Assembly (NCBI GenBank): GCA_951406725.2
Contig: OX597826.1
Coordinates: forward strand, 69,750,001-69,814,000
Reading direction: 5' to 3'
From: Octopus vulgaris
Taxonomy: Eukaryota
DNA length: 64,000 nt
Of the stretch, positions 12,678 to 25,727 are shown piece by piece. Position 1 is the first letter of the stretch. Each line of letters opens with the position of its first letter. The translations under genes were made by a program, and so were the position numbers. The notes below the pieces were generated by a model. That model saw nothing but the letters and a program-made list of their open reading frames with translations. It was not told the origin of the DNA and searched no databases.

Positions 12678-13292
12678 GGAAGAAACCATGATTGTCCTCT
12701 GGAGGACATTCATTCTCAGCCGCCTGGACTACTGCTTCCAGCTATGGTCACCCTTGAAGCAGTCCAGCAAAGCTTCACAAAGAAGATCGTCTCGTTGCAA
12801 CGGCTCAGCTACTGGGAAAAGCTGAAACAGCTAAGACTCGACACCCTGGAGCGAAGGAAAGAGAAGCAGTAATATACATCTGGAAAATCCTGGAAGGAAT
12901 TCTGCTAAATTTTGGCATTGAAAGCTACACCAATGTCAGAACGGGTCAACATTGCACAGTACCAAAGATCTCAGCAATGTCACCGCGCTTCAGGACCAGT
13001 TACTGCAACAGCCTGGGTTTCAGGGGCTCACAGCTTTTTAATATTCTCTCAAAGAGCCTGGAAGATCTACACAAAGTGGATGTAGGTGTTTTCAAATCAA
13101 AACTGGACCTCTGCTTGTCGGGAGTCGCAGATGAACTTACCTCACGGCAAGAGGTGGAAATGAGGGTAGCGACATCAAACTTCCTTGTTCACCATTAGCC
13201 AAATATTAGAGGAGGTTCTCAATAATAACAGTGTAGCAAGAATTGGTGCCCCAGCATGGCTGCAGCTCTGAGCTGAAACTACAAAGAAAAAG
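12678..13292 (+). mobile_element. 5'-truncated CR1-like LINE 3' fragment (decayed ORF2 C-terminus plus tail)
   Basis: Frameshifted translation ILSRLDYCFQLWSP / LEAVQQSFTKKI..LSYWEKLKQLRLDTLERR / IYIWKILEG / FKSKLDLCL, the typical post-RT region of CR1-group ORF2. Confidence 0.85.
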
Positions 13293-13332
13293 AGGAAAAT
13301 ACTATTCCTAATAGTATTTAATTATAACAATA

Positions 13333-13593
13333 AAATAAAAAATAAAAATAAATGCACCCTTTCAAAGCCTATCCAGGCTCACGGACCCGGTTTCTATGGC
13401 GTATGTGTTCCCCATCTGGACGGGACGCCAGTCCATCGCAGCGTTACTCATTTTTGCCAGCTGAGTAGACTGGAGCAACGTGAAATGAAGTGTTTTGCTC
13501 AAGAACGCAACGCGTCGCCCGGTCCAGGAATCGAAACCACAATCTTACGATCATGATGCTGACACCCTAACCACTAAGCCACGCGCCTCCCAC
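13333..13593 (-). mobile_element. SINE family C, full length
   Basis: Reverse complement of the 62761 copy; A-rich linker; TATAACAATA direct repeats at 13323-13332 and 13597-13606. Confidence 0.9.
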
Positions 13594-14084
13594 AAATATA
13601 ACAATAGGACAGGGTTTTTTTTTCTTTAAACATCGAAGGGCTACGAGGGTGCATTCGAGTAAAACAAGAATCAAAGTTGTCCATAAGCAAAAAATAGCAG
13701 AGAATCACAACTCACGAAGTAATATGCTGAATGAAAAATCTTGTCCAATCGTTTTTTTTTTTTTCCTTTTTACTGAAGTCATTTTCGACTATTGTCAATC
13801 GACTTGAAATCCAATTAGAAAATAAACAATCTATAATATTTTGTATTATTAAAAATCTAAATATTAAAACCAAAAATTACAAAAACAAACTCAAGCAAGC
13901 GATACTTTGATTTTTCTGTTATTAATAAAGCCAGACAATGTTTTGTTTTTATCAGGCTTTTCAAATAGCTTATCAGTGTTTTTAAGGTCACCTATGTAGC
14001 TGGTATCGCTGTCACTTTGGCCTCTTGCATCATCGACAATAAAATGTTTTTGTTAGAATGTGAAATGGAAAAAAATTTAATTAT

Positions 14085-14334
14085 TTATGTATGTATATGT
14101 ATATTCAGGAATGTTTCTATGTATGCATGTATATGTATGTATACATGTATGTATGTGTATGTGTATGTGTGTGAGTGTATGTATGTATGTATGTATGTAT
14201 GTATGTATGTATGTATGTATGTATGTATGTATGTATGTATGCATTTATGTATGTGTATGTGTGTGAGCGTATGCATATATGTATGTATGTATGTACGTAT
14301 GCATTTATGTATGTGTATGAGTGTGAGCGTATGC

Positions 14335-14367
<33 letters not shown>

Positions 14368-14475
14368 TGTGTGTATGTATGTATGTATGTATGTATGTAT
14401 GTATGTATGTGTGTGTGTATGTATGTATGTATGTATGTGTGTATGTATGTATGTGTGTATGTATGTATGTATGTT
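14085..14475. repeat. (TATG)n microsatellite
   Basis: Direct reading. Confidence 0.95.
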
Positions 14476-14579
14476 CATGTGTTTGTTGTACTGATTTTAA
14501 TTTTCAAATTCACCACCGGTAACAAAAGATCCGGTTTCGAACGCAGACACGACGCTCTTTCAATGGAATTTACATGATA

Positions 14580-14943
14580 TCAATGAGGTGGTCATGTACA
14601 GAAGTAGTGGGAGAGCATCATAACCGTGTGTTGAAAGGAATTCTTAGAGGTTTGTATAATTTACCTTTGGAAACATGGGTGGTTCATTCAACATCCTTAA
14701 ACAATCCTTATTCAGGGACATCTTGAGTGGGATGGGTTACTCGACCAGAAGAAAATTCTAACTGGGCCCCACCTGCAAGGTCATGCGCTGTTTATCTTGA
14801 TATGAGATCACCATGTCGCGCACATATGATTGTGATGCATGTATCTGGTGTACCCTTATAAGAAGGGTAGTCATGATGGGTATAATGGGCTTCGTATATT
14901 TTACCCCAGTGTCACTTTGATGGCATGCACTGCCCTCTCACTC

Positions 14944-15008
<65 letters not shown>

Positions 15009-15010
15009 TA
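14580..15010 (+). mobile_element. Probable 3' end of a non-LTR retroelement ending in (TAA)n
   Basis: Complex sequence runs directly into a pure TAA tract at 14944; single copy in the window and no coding motif recognised. Confidence 0.35.
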
Positions 15011-15103
15011 ATAGTAAGGATTTTTTTATTTACCACAGGGGCACTGGATAAAGGTGGCTTTGGCCTGATGATTTGACTTCCTAGAAACAATAACAAAATT
15101 CCC

Positions 15104-15520
15104 TCTGGTTGTGTGGTATGTAGCTTGTTTATCAACCACATGTTTCCGGGTTCATTCCCACTGCGTTACACCTTGGGCAAGTGTCTTCTACTATAGCCTC
15201 GGGCCGACCAAAGCCCTGTGAGTGGATTTGGTAGACGGAAACTGAAAGAAGTCCGTCGTATATATGTATATATATATATGTATGCGTGTGTATACGTTTG
15301 TGTGTATGTGTTGGTCCCCACCCCAACATCGCTTGACAACCGATGGTAGTGTGTTTACGTCCCCGTAACTTAGCGGTTCGGCAAAAGACACCGATAGAAT
15401 AAGTACTGGGCTTACAAAGAATAAGTCGTGGGGTTGATTTGCTCGACTAAAGGCGGTGCTCCAGCATGGTCGCAGTAGTCAAATGACTGAAACAAGTAAA
15501 ATAGTAAAGAGTAAAAGAGT
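15104..15520 (+). mobile_element. SINE family A
   Basis: High identity to the 6145 copy. Confidence 0.9.
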
Positions 15521-15829
15521 CTCATTCATACAAAACGGGAGAGGCACGGCTGGAATGAGTTTGATTAATAGGTCTACTTGTGCAGAGATTACTCAGGGTT
15601 CAACAACAACAACTGAACTGGCAAGAAAAGCGGCTACTATACAATTAAAGAACGAAAGAAAGAAATATATAAGTAATAGGTAGAACAATACACGCCTTTC
15701 AGTTAAACAAGAAATATGCGGTGTCATGGCTAGGAAATAATTTCTACGAATTCCTCTTTGAAGAAAAAAAGGACAGGTACAGACATATCAATGCAGACTT
15801 GGCGTGGGCGGATGTATAATCGCAGACAT

Positions 15830-16005
15830 TGTTGGTGTTGGTGGTGGTCGTGGTGGGGGTTGTGGTAGTTGTAGTAGTAGTGGTGGTAGAAGTAGTGGTG
15901 GTGGTAGTAGTAGTGGTGGTAGTAGTAGTGGTGGTGGTGGTGGTGGTGGTAGTAGTAGTAGTGGTGGTGGTGGTGGTGGTGGTAGTAGTAGTAGTGGTGG
16001 TGGTG

Positions 16006-16037
<32 letters not shown>

Positions 16038-16066
16038 GGTAGTAGTAGTAGTAGTAGTAGTAGTAC

Positions 16067-16105
<39 letters not shown>

Positions 16106-16325
16106 AGTAGTGGTGGTGGTGGTGGTGGTGGTGGTTGTGGTGGAGTTTGTGTTAGTAGTAGTAGTAGTAGTAGTAGTAGGGTAGTAGTGTATGGGGGGTG
16201 GCGGTGGTTGAGGAGGAAGAGGTGGAGGGGAGGGGGAAGAGAGGAAGGAGGATGTGGCGGTAGTGAAGAAGAGGAGGAGGAGGAGAATGTGGTGGTGGCG
16301 GTGGTGGTGATGGAGGAGGCGGAGG
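15830..16325. repeat. (GGT)n/(AGT)n compound triplet repeat
   Basis: Direct reading. Confidence 0.9.
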
Positions 16326-16753
16326 AATTGATGACAATAGATAAGTGTTGGAAACGGGGTGGAGACAGGTGTTTGAAAGCATGTGAAGACGTCAGCTGAC
16401 CGACATCGGAATTCCATTCTCATTTTATCTCTAACCCCCCCTCTCTCTATATATATCTATATATATGTATGTATGTATGTGTGTGTGTGAGTGTGTGTGT
16501 GTGTATACGTATTTGCGTTTTTAGGTGAGTATGTGTGTGTGTGGGTATAGGTATATATGTATCTTTACATCATACATACATACATATACACACATATACA
16601 CATATTTATACATGCGCGCGCGCCACTCTTATTGCACCTTTTTGACCTTCGTTAAAAGATAGCTGATTGCATATTTTTTACAATTGCGGCTTTCCGCGCA
16701 TGCGCGCGAACACAGACGCCCCCTACTCATACCTACATTCCCACATAACTCTG

Positions 16754-16982
16754 TACATACATACATACATACATACATACATACATACATACATACATAC
16801 ATACATACATACACAAATACATACATACATACATACACACATACATACATACATACATACATACATACACAAATACACACATACATGCACACACACATAC
16901 ACACATACATACATACATACATACATACATACATACATACACACACACATACACACACACATACACACATACACACATACAT

Positions 16983-17013
<31 letters not shown>

Positions 17014-17171
17014 TACACACACACACACACACACATACATACATACATACATACATACACACATACATACATACATACATACATACATACACACTCACAC
17101 ACATACACACACACATACACACATACATACATACATACATGCATACATACATACATACATACATACATACA

Positions 17172-17202
<31 letters not shown>
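16754..17202. repeat. (TACA)n/(CA)n microsatellite
   Basis: Direct reading. Confidence 0.95.
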
Positions 17203-17203
<1 letters not shown>

Positions 17204-17586
17204 GGTATATCTATATTCGTGTGTGTGTGTGTGTGTGTGTGTTTGTTTGGCAGTGCGTATATCTCTTATATTTTACTTGCTTCAGCCATTAGATTGCGAC
17301 CATGCTGGGACACAGCGTTGAAGAGTTTTGGGGGCTGAACGAATCGAATCTACTGCTTTTTTGTAAGAGTTGTGAAAAAGAAATAAAGACCAAATTATGT
17401 AGTACAGAAATATACCAACTGAATAGCGGATTCTAATACGAGAGTAAGCAGATGTGCTCAAGAGACATTCTCTTCTATTTCATTTGAACTTTAATTTCTC
17501 TACCAACCGCCCATAGGATTCCTGATTACTTACTGAATGCAAACGCTTCATCCCAAACGTAAACTTCTGTATTTGATCATCTGTGT

Positions 17587-17845
17587 TACGCTAGAAGGAA
17601 CAGCTAAAGTCCAAACCACTAATTAGGGATAAATTCTCGAAGGGAATGAAGACAAATCGACCCCAGGACTTATTCTTTGTAAGCTTCGTACCTGTTGACA
17701 AAGACTTCGCCTGGCAAATTATTTTATTTGTTAAAGAAAGTCAAAAACCGGGCCAGGAGATTAGTGGTTTGAACTTTTAGCTGTTCCTTCTAGCGTAAGG
17801 TAGTCTTATGATGGACCCTTCTTAATGTGTTTAAATGTACACTGT

Positions 17846-17848
<3 letters not shown>
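17587..17848 (+). mobile_element. Penelope-like pseudo-LTR remnant (family P2) with an inverted 5' piece
   Basis: 17587-17622 is the reverse complement of 17760-17798; homologous to 60787-60943; ends at a (TA)n tract. Confidence 0.55.
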
Positions 17849-17911
<63 letters not shown>

Positions 17912-17924
17912 TGTATGTATATAC

Positions 17925-17973
<49 letters not shown>

Positions 17974-18013
17974 TGTATGTATGTATGTATGTATGTATGT
18001 ATGTATGTATATT

Positions 18014-18486
18014 CCGCTTGCAATAAATATCAAGTGCGAGAAGCGCACTGAATAGACCAGCTGAATGAGATATCTCCTTCCTGTTAAATAGCAGTATCGT
18101 CGGATCTTTGGGGACAGCCACATTAAAGTAACCATAAGCAATACATTTGGGTTCGTATACTGCTTCTGTCTCGAGCAGAGATTTTCTTATGGACTACTTT
18201 CCAAGTTACAAAATCAGTATTTTCTATATCTTGCAAGCGAGATTACACTGCTGCTATGCTTGGCGAACGAGTATCCACCACGGAGGAGATCCAATGCAGA
18301 TCGAAACCACATGGCCTGGTGATCTGAGAGCTACGATGGAAGAAGTTATCGCCCGCTTGCAACAGATATCAAGTGCAAGGACCACACTGAATAAACCAGC
18401 TGCAGGAGATGTCTTCCTAGGGTTAAATGACAGTATCGTCGTCTCTTAGAGTTCAGTCACATTAAAGTGGCCATAACCAATACATA
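18014..18486. repeat. Diverged direct repeat, 339-bp period
   Basis: CCGCTTGCAA.A.ATATCAAGTGC...CACTGAATA.ACCAGCTG...CACATTAAAGT..CCATAA.CAATACAT at 18014 and 18353. Confidence 0.8.
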
Positions 18487-18489
18487 AGC

Positions 18490-18681
18490 AATACTAGACC
18501 GATGAAATCTACAAGTTTTTTTCATTCTCTCTCTGTTTATTTCCTCATATTCCTTTCTGGTGAAGAGCGTATGCTCGAAATGTAAAATACTTTTCCATTG
18601 TCCCGAGTGTCAAACTAATACACTTGCTTGCTGTTCATACACCTGCCTTCGTTTTAGTTTTTCTATATATTTCAACTATAT
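18490..18681 (+). mobile_element. Penelope-like pseudo-LTR remnant (family P1) with a decayed hammerhead motif
   Basis: CTTT-CTGGTGA-A-GAGC-GTAT-GCTC-GAAA-TGTA at 18553-18584; homologous to 21466-21675. Confidence 0.55.
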
Positions 18682-18684
18682 TCC

Positions 18685-18876
18685 TTTATTCTTTTATTTG
18701 TTTCAGTCAGTTGACTACGATCATGCTGGAGCACCGCCTTTAGTCGAACAAATCGACCCCAGGACTTATTCTTTGTAAGCTTCGTACTTATTCTAACGAT
18801 CTCTTCTAATTTACGGGGACATAAACACGCCAGCATCGATTGTCAAGTGATGGTGGGGGAACAAACACAGACACAA

Positions 18877-18910
<34 letters not shown>

Positions 18911-19074
18911 GCGACGGGCTTCTTTCAGTTTCCGTCTGCCAAATCCACTCACAAGGCTTTGGGCGGCCCGACGCTCTAGTTGAAGACACTTGCACAAGGT
19001 TTCACACAACAGGACTGAACCCAGAACTATGTGATTGGTAAGCAAGCTACTTTCAACAAAGCCACTCCTGTGTC

Positions 19075-19076
<2 letters not shown>
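18685..19076 (-). mobile_element. SINE family A
   Basis: Reverse complement of the family A consensus with internal (CA)/(TA)n. Confidence 0.88.
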
Positions 19077-19117
<41 letters not shown>

Positions 19118-19147
19118 CATAGAGAGAGAGAGAGAGAGCCTCGGGGC

Positions 19148-19201
<54 letters not shown>

Positions 19202-19537
19202 TATAGCCCCGAGTCTATTGCAGTGCCTTGTTGTTGGAAACCCGTCGTGTATATGTATGTAGAAGATAGTTGCATGATGTACCGCGCAGAGGGATTGAAC
19301 CGGAAGCCACAGGGTTGCAAACCGAGCTATTTAACTACACAGCCATGCTTATGATTGTGTGTGAATGCTATGTTTCTGTAGGGTTGTACGACGACAATGC
19401 ATCTATCTGTTTATAAACTATATAGGAATTTACATCCTTATATATGACAATTAGGTGGGATTGTATTAATAAGGATATGTATGTATGTGTGGGTGGATAT
19501 GTTTGTGTGCGTGTGTGCGTGTGTACGTGATTATGTA

Positions 19538-19596
<59 letters not shown>

Positions 19597-19750
19597 GTGT
19601 GTGTGTGTTTCTATGTGTTTTTATATATCTGAAGCTACAAAATTTACTTGGTGACGTCATCCAGTTTTGAAGATAAAATGTCACGAAGAACAAATACGAA
19701 TATAGTTGTCAATCTAAATAAGGGTTCTTGTAATTCTAAGCATAACTGCT

Positions 19751-19838
<88 letters not shown>

Positions 19839-20031
19839 GCACACAAACACACACATACATACACACAAACAGATAAACACATTGATAAGCATATTACAAG
19901 CGCTGACGTCTCTATCATTAGATAATGTCAGGTGTTTACTCATTGAGATCTAACTAAATACCCAAGTTTATATATATATATTTATATATAAACATACATG
20001 GGTGTTTATTGATATATATAATATATATATG

Positions 20032-20113
<82 letters not shown>

Positions 20114-20374
20114 AATTTATTAATGTATAAATATATACCCCCCACACATTTATGCATATGATAGTTTAAATAGATGTATAGATACGTATGTACAGACATT
20201 AAATACACATTACATATACAGTAATTAGCTATGACGTAGATTCCTGAGGTTTTTTTAAAGTATAAATTATACATAAATACGTACACACACACCCGTATAC
20301 ATGTATACCTATATACATACATAAACACATACATACGTGCATTTATCCATATATACATTCATACATACACATAT

Positions 20375-20411
<37 letters not shown>

Positions 20412-20983
20412 CATACATAATTAATTACATGCATGCACATATAAAGAATCTCGGTCAGAATGTGCAACCATAAATATTTTTGTTGTTCGATTCGATGAAA
20501 GTGTGTGTGTGTGCATGTGTGTGTGTGTGTGTGTGCGCGCGCGCGTGTATGTGTGTGGGTTGTGGGTGTTTCCTTAATTACATGTCCGATTTAAATGCCA
20601 ATGAGCATTAGAGTTGCCCATCAATAAATAAATAGATAAATAAATAAATAAATAAATAAAGGCACAACAACAAAACCTGACGAATATTGAAGATCCTGTA
20701 CAAAATAGAACTTGTTGTTCAGGCAGGTTGCTCTGAGATCTATCAAAATCCGCGCCCAATTTGGACACATATTTTCATTAAGAACATGAGTTTGAACAAA
20801 ACGCCTTGAGCGAAACTTAGTTAACAGAAGCGACATACATACATACATACATACATATATACATACATACATACATAAATACATACATACATACATAAAT
20901 ACATACATACATACATGCATGCATGCATACATACATACATACATACATACATACATACATACATACATACATACATACATACT

Positions 20984-21333
20984 TCTTGAGAAATTAGGCT
21001 TCTCAAAACCAGAAAGGAGAAAGCTAATTCGAAGACTACAGATCCGATCCGTCGATGGAACTGTAAAGATCTGTAAAACTTAACAGAGGTTTATAATTTT
21101 AATATATATGAGCATATCTACATATGTAACTCTATGCATGAGAATACATACTTCAAACGTACAAATCTTCACATACATACTTACATACATACAGACATAC
21201 ATACATGCATGCTTACATATTTACATGCAAACAAAAATGCCCTGTTGTTGATGTTGAAATTCCAATGAAGGAACCTTGGATCTAGGTTAGAAACCGGCTC
21301 TTTCTCTATTAGCAAGAAATCTTGAAATAAATG
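20984..21333 (+). mobile_element. R4/Dong-like non-LTR element, short 3' fragment
   Basis: LEKLGFSKPERRKLIRRLQIRSVDGTVKICKT matches the C-terminus at 45549-45761; the 3' UTR matches 45092-45210 (reverse complement). Confidence 0.8.
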
Positions 21334-21465
21334 ACATACGTGTCTGTGTGTGGTTATGTGTGTATGAATGTGTGTATGTACACACACATACATACATACA
21401 TACATACATACATACATACATACATACATACATACATACATACATACATACATACATAAGTACAT

Positions 21466-21675
21466 TCACCATGTTGAACCGTTGTACCCTACACATTTTG
21501 TTCCCTCCGTTCTTTTTCCCTCCTTTTTTTCCCCTCGTAATCCTTTCTGTTGAAGAGCGAAGGCTCGAAACGCAAAAGTCTTTTCCATTCTTACCGAGGG
21601 TGGTTGAACTAATACACCTGCTCGTTATCCCTGCACCTGTCTGCGTCTTTTGTTTTCTGTATATTTGAACTATAA
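21466..21675 (+). mobile_element. Penelope-like pseudo-LTR remnant (family P1) with a hammerhead-like motif
   Basis: CTTT-CTGTTGA-A-GAGC-GAAG-GCTC-GAAA-CG-C-A-AAAG at 21543-21578; lies between (TACA)n and (TA)n tracts. Confidence 0.6.
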
Positions 21676-21749
<74 letters not shown>

Positions 21750-22004
21750 GGAGACACTATGTGGTTTAGGAACCCGAGGATGTACCTCATGATACACGTG
21801 TTGCCAAGTAATAAAACTGTAGATATTTAAAATAAAGATAAAAATTTATTTGGTGAGAAGTAGGGGTATACTATCTCTAAATTAAAAAATATATTTCTTC
21901 ATTGAGAATAATTTGAACCTCTGTTATGCCGGAATTACATATTATAGAAAGAATTATTGTGGCACACAGGTCACTGCATCGCAATAAGAACTGGGCTTTG
22001 AGAC

Positions 22005-22665
22005 TACTTCTTCGTCAGTTAGATGACACTGACTTGATTGTCTATACATCCAGATCGTATTTAAAAATTCAAGCCTGAAGAACGTGTTGACGATAGTAAA
22101 ATTATGTTCAGTACAAACTCCAATGAGAAGTCTGCAGTTGTTAGTGTTGCGGTTTCCACTTGTTTGTTCCTTCTTGAGCCATGCCTCGCTCATTGGGCCG
22201 GTTTCCCGGTTTCCTTGGCGTAAAGGTTCCCCACTTGGACGGGACGCCGGTCCGTCGTAGGTGAGCTTCAAGATGCAGGAGGAAAGAGTGAGAGAAAGTT
22301 GTGGCGAAAGGGTCAGCAGACGTTTCACCATTACCTTCTGCCGGAGCCGCGTGGAGCTTAGGTGTTTCGCTCATAAACACACACACCGCCCGGTCTGAGA
22401 TTCGAATCCGCGTTCCCTCGACCGCGAGTCCGCTGCTCTAACCACTAGGCTATGTGCCTCCACTTGGTTTCCACTTGGTTACCGTTTATTTCCATCCACA
22501 TGCTTGAGCTTTGAAGCTTCTCTTGCGAATGAGTTTATTGGATGATAGCGTCACGAGGAAACGTGAAGTGTTGAAGAACCTCGTCTCGTTATAATCACTC
22601 ATAGCGGGTGTTGGTGCATATGCACTAACGACAGTCAGCTGACGTTCGTCAAGAAATATTTTTAT
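22005..22665 (-). pseudogene. Decayed RTE-type apurinic endonuclease fragment, split by a SINE
   Basis: LTVVSAYAPT and NTNNCRLLIGVCTEHNFTIVNTFF...TIWMYRQSSQCHLTD resemble RTE APE motifs. Confidence 0.7.
22162..22465 (-). mobile_element. SINE with a family D head/body and a family-C-like tail
   Basis: Head GTGGAGGCACATAGCCTAGTGGTTAGAGCAGCGGACTCGCGG; tail GGCGTCCCGTCCA...GAAACCGGGAAACCGGCCC; GGTTTCCACTT direct repeat on both sides. Confidence 0.85.
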
Positions 22666-22671
22666 AGAAAC

Positions 22672-23270
22672 CAAGCGATAAGTTTGTAGAATCGTTAGCG
22701 CGTCGGACAAAATACTAACTGACATTTCTTCCGGCTCTTTACGTTCTTACATTAAATTCCGCCGAGACTGAAATGCCTTATACCTTTTCGAGGTCGATAA
22801 AATTTGTACGAGCCAAGAACTGGAGTCAATGTAATTGGATTGCCCCACCCCTTAAAATTACTGGTATTATGCAAAAAATTAGAAAGATTTATCATAAAGG
22901 CGGCGATCTGGAAGAATCGTTACCGTGTCTGGCAAAATGCTAAGTGACATTTCTTCCGGCACTTTACGTTCTGCGTTCAAATTCCGCAGAGTTCGGAATG
23001 CCTTTTATTTTTCAGCATTCGTTAATAAAGTGCCACTGGGCTCGATGTAATGGACTTGCCACTCACCTCAAAATTGCTGGCCTTGTACCAAAATTAGAAA
23101 CAATTTTTCTGTGAGATGATTGGACGTCGGGCTGGCAGAATTGTTACAGCGTCGTTAAAACTGCCTTTGCAGTTCTTTACATTCTGAGTTCAAATTCCGC
23201 CGAAACTTACTTTGCTTTTCATCTTTTCGGTGTCCATAAAATAAAGTACTAATTAACTAGTGAGGTCGAA
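22672..23270 (+). mobile_element. Three adjacent decayed family-B-related SINEs
   Basis: GAATCGTTA...AAATTCCGC...AATAAAGT motif set repeated at ~22688, 22913 and 23137. Confidence 0.7.
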
Positions 23271-23524
23271 ATTATTGAATAAACTCCTCCCGACTATGGC
23301 GGCCACGTGCAAACGACGGAGTCCGCCGGTCACTGCCGTTGACGCTGTAGCGCGGCCGAGAACAAAAGCCGACCGGCTCGTACCCCTTACGAGGTACCTG
23401 GATTCCCTAGAGGTAGCACAGGTAACTGATACCGAGAGTAAATACGGATATTTTTGTCCATTAGTCGGTTACTACAACAGCTAATTCTGCTTACCTTATA
23501 TATGTATGTGTGTGTGTGTGTATC

Positions 23525-23580
<56 letters not shown>

Positions 23581-23584
<4 letters not shown>

Positions 23585-23770
23585 ATCCAAACAAGAAAAC
23601 ACAAAAAACACAACAACGCGAAAATGTGGAACAAATATAGTATTATTAGACGCTCAGGAAAGAAGGAGAAGGGAAGATCCAGAGAAGGGAAACATAGGAG
23701 AAGGAAAGATCCAGAGAAGGGAAGAAAGAGGAAAAAAAATCGCCAACGGTACACACGAGGTCACATTTTG
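23581..23770 (-). mobile_element. P1-related pseudo-LTR-like remnant lacking the hammerhead core
   Basis: Reverse complement reads ..CTGAGCGTCTAATAATACTATATTTGTTCC..GTTGTTGTGTTTTTTG..AACTATATA, with the same layout as the P1 3' end; abuts (TA)n. Confidence 0.4.
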
Positions 23771-25228
23771 AAAGACCGGAAGGGAAAAAAAACACCTTTT
23801 ATCAATTCAACAATGAAATAATTAAATTATACCATTCAGAAAGAATTACATATTATAGAAAATTTAAATATAAGATAAAATTTAAATATAAGATAAAACA
23901 TATGCCAATGATTAAGTAATGTGCAAGATAATATGGGTCTTAATCTAGCCATGCCAGTAGGCCCTGCGCCTAATTCAATTCATATCTTGCGTGTGATTCT
24001 TGGTAAAGACGAAAATAATGTTTGAATCTACTCAGAGTTTATAACTATTTATAAACTTCTTGTAATGATTTAATGTTTTGAAACCTGGAGGATACAGTGT
24101 CATGGAAAGAAAAAAAGGAGAAACTGGAATGGGAGACCGGGTGAGTAATCAACTTCGAATGAATGAAAGCGGGTACAAGTATTGAATAGGCTTTTCTCCT
24201 GCTTTGGTATGCGTTGCTACGTTACGAGCAACGATCAGTACTAACAAGAACTTCCGTATAGTGATCTGTTTCAGTCGCAACTTCGAAGAATTATTACATA
24301 AAGGAGTGTCTGACTGCTCACTCTCTTTCTCTCTCTCCCTCTTCCTCTTCCTCTCTCTCTCTCTCTCTCTCCCTGTCTTGCATGCGCGTGTGTGTATGTG
24401 TGTGGTACATAGATCCATAGACATACAGATATAAGTATATATCATATATATATATATATATATATATTATATACATGTATACACACATATATATATATAT
24501 ATGTATATATGCATATATATATATATGTGTGTATATATATACACATATATGAAATGAAAGTTGGTAACTACAACTGCATTAATAGTAAATATCTTACATG
24601 TAAATTCATGCATATTCATTGCTGCATACATCCCTATATACATCCATAGAAATACACACACATATCTACACACATATATTACACACATTCACATATATGC
24701 ACGTATTTGTGTATGTATATATATATATATATACATACATATATAAGCACTCTCATACATAGATATACTCACACGTACGCACACATTCAAACTCACACAC
24801 GCACGGCCACAGTTATAACGAAACATGAATATTTATCCACACATTGTCAGCGATTATATAATATATTAAAAACCAATATATTTTGTTAAACAATAACTTT
24901 TCAGCAATACAAAAGATGCATTTTTGATTTTCTCTTTTCTCTCGATGTCTGCCTATCTGCCTATATATCATTCTCTCTCACCGACCTCTCCTCTTTCCGG
25001 TCCTCTCTGTTCCTCACTCTCTCTCTTTCTCACCGTCTTTCTCTCACTCTCACTCTCTCTCTCTCTCTCTCTCTTTAACTCTTTCCCTCTCGCACTTTGT
25101 TTGTCTTATATTTAAATGTCTTAAGTGCGTTTATATACATACATTTCTGTTATATTCTGTTATATTTGTATTGGCATTTTGCCTTAGATTATTTTATTTT
25201 ACTTTTTCAGATCACATGATATATGTAA

Positions 25229-25264
<36 letters not shown>

Positions 25265-25571
25265 CTGTGTGTATCTGTGTACAGATTCATTTATATACAT
25301 ATATATATATATATGCGTCTATGCGCATGCCTATGTGTATATGCATTTATGTGTGTGTGTGTCTGTGTGCGTGTGTGTGTGTGTAATTCATTTTCTTCTG
25401 TCGCTTTTTTCACAGTTTCCTCTGTTTTCTCACTTTCTCTTTCTGCTTATCACGCACTTGATATATGTATTTGTATGTATTCTTACACACACAAACACAC
25501 ACACACACACACATACACCTACACATGTATACATGAATGCATGTATGTATGCATATATGTATGTACATATG

Positions 25572-25623
<52 letters not shown>

Positions 25624-25665
25624 CACACACATACTATATGCGTGTCTGTGTATGTCTATAGTAGA

Positions 25666-25727
<62 letters not shown>

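Noticed and set aside
16693-16708. NRF1-like GCGCATGCGC (partial match also at ~42086)
   Set aside because: Alternating purine-pyrimidine runs are common here and there is no other promoter evidence
21932-23861. 19-bp direct repeat GAATTACATATTATAGAAA 1.9 kb apart as a possible TSD
   Set aside because: It is AT-rich and encloses a heterogeneous mix with no coherent element ends
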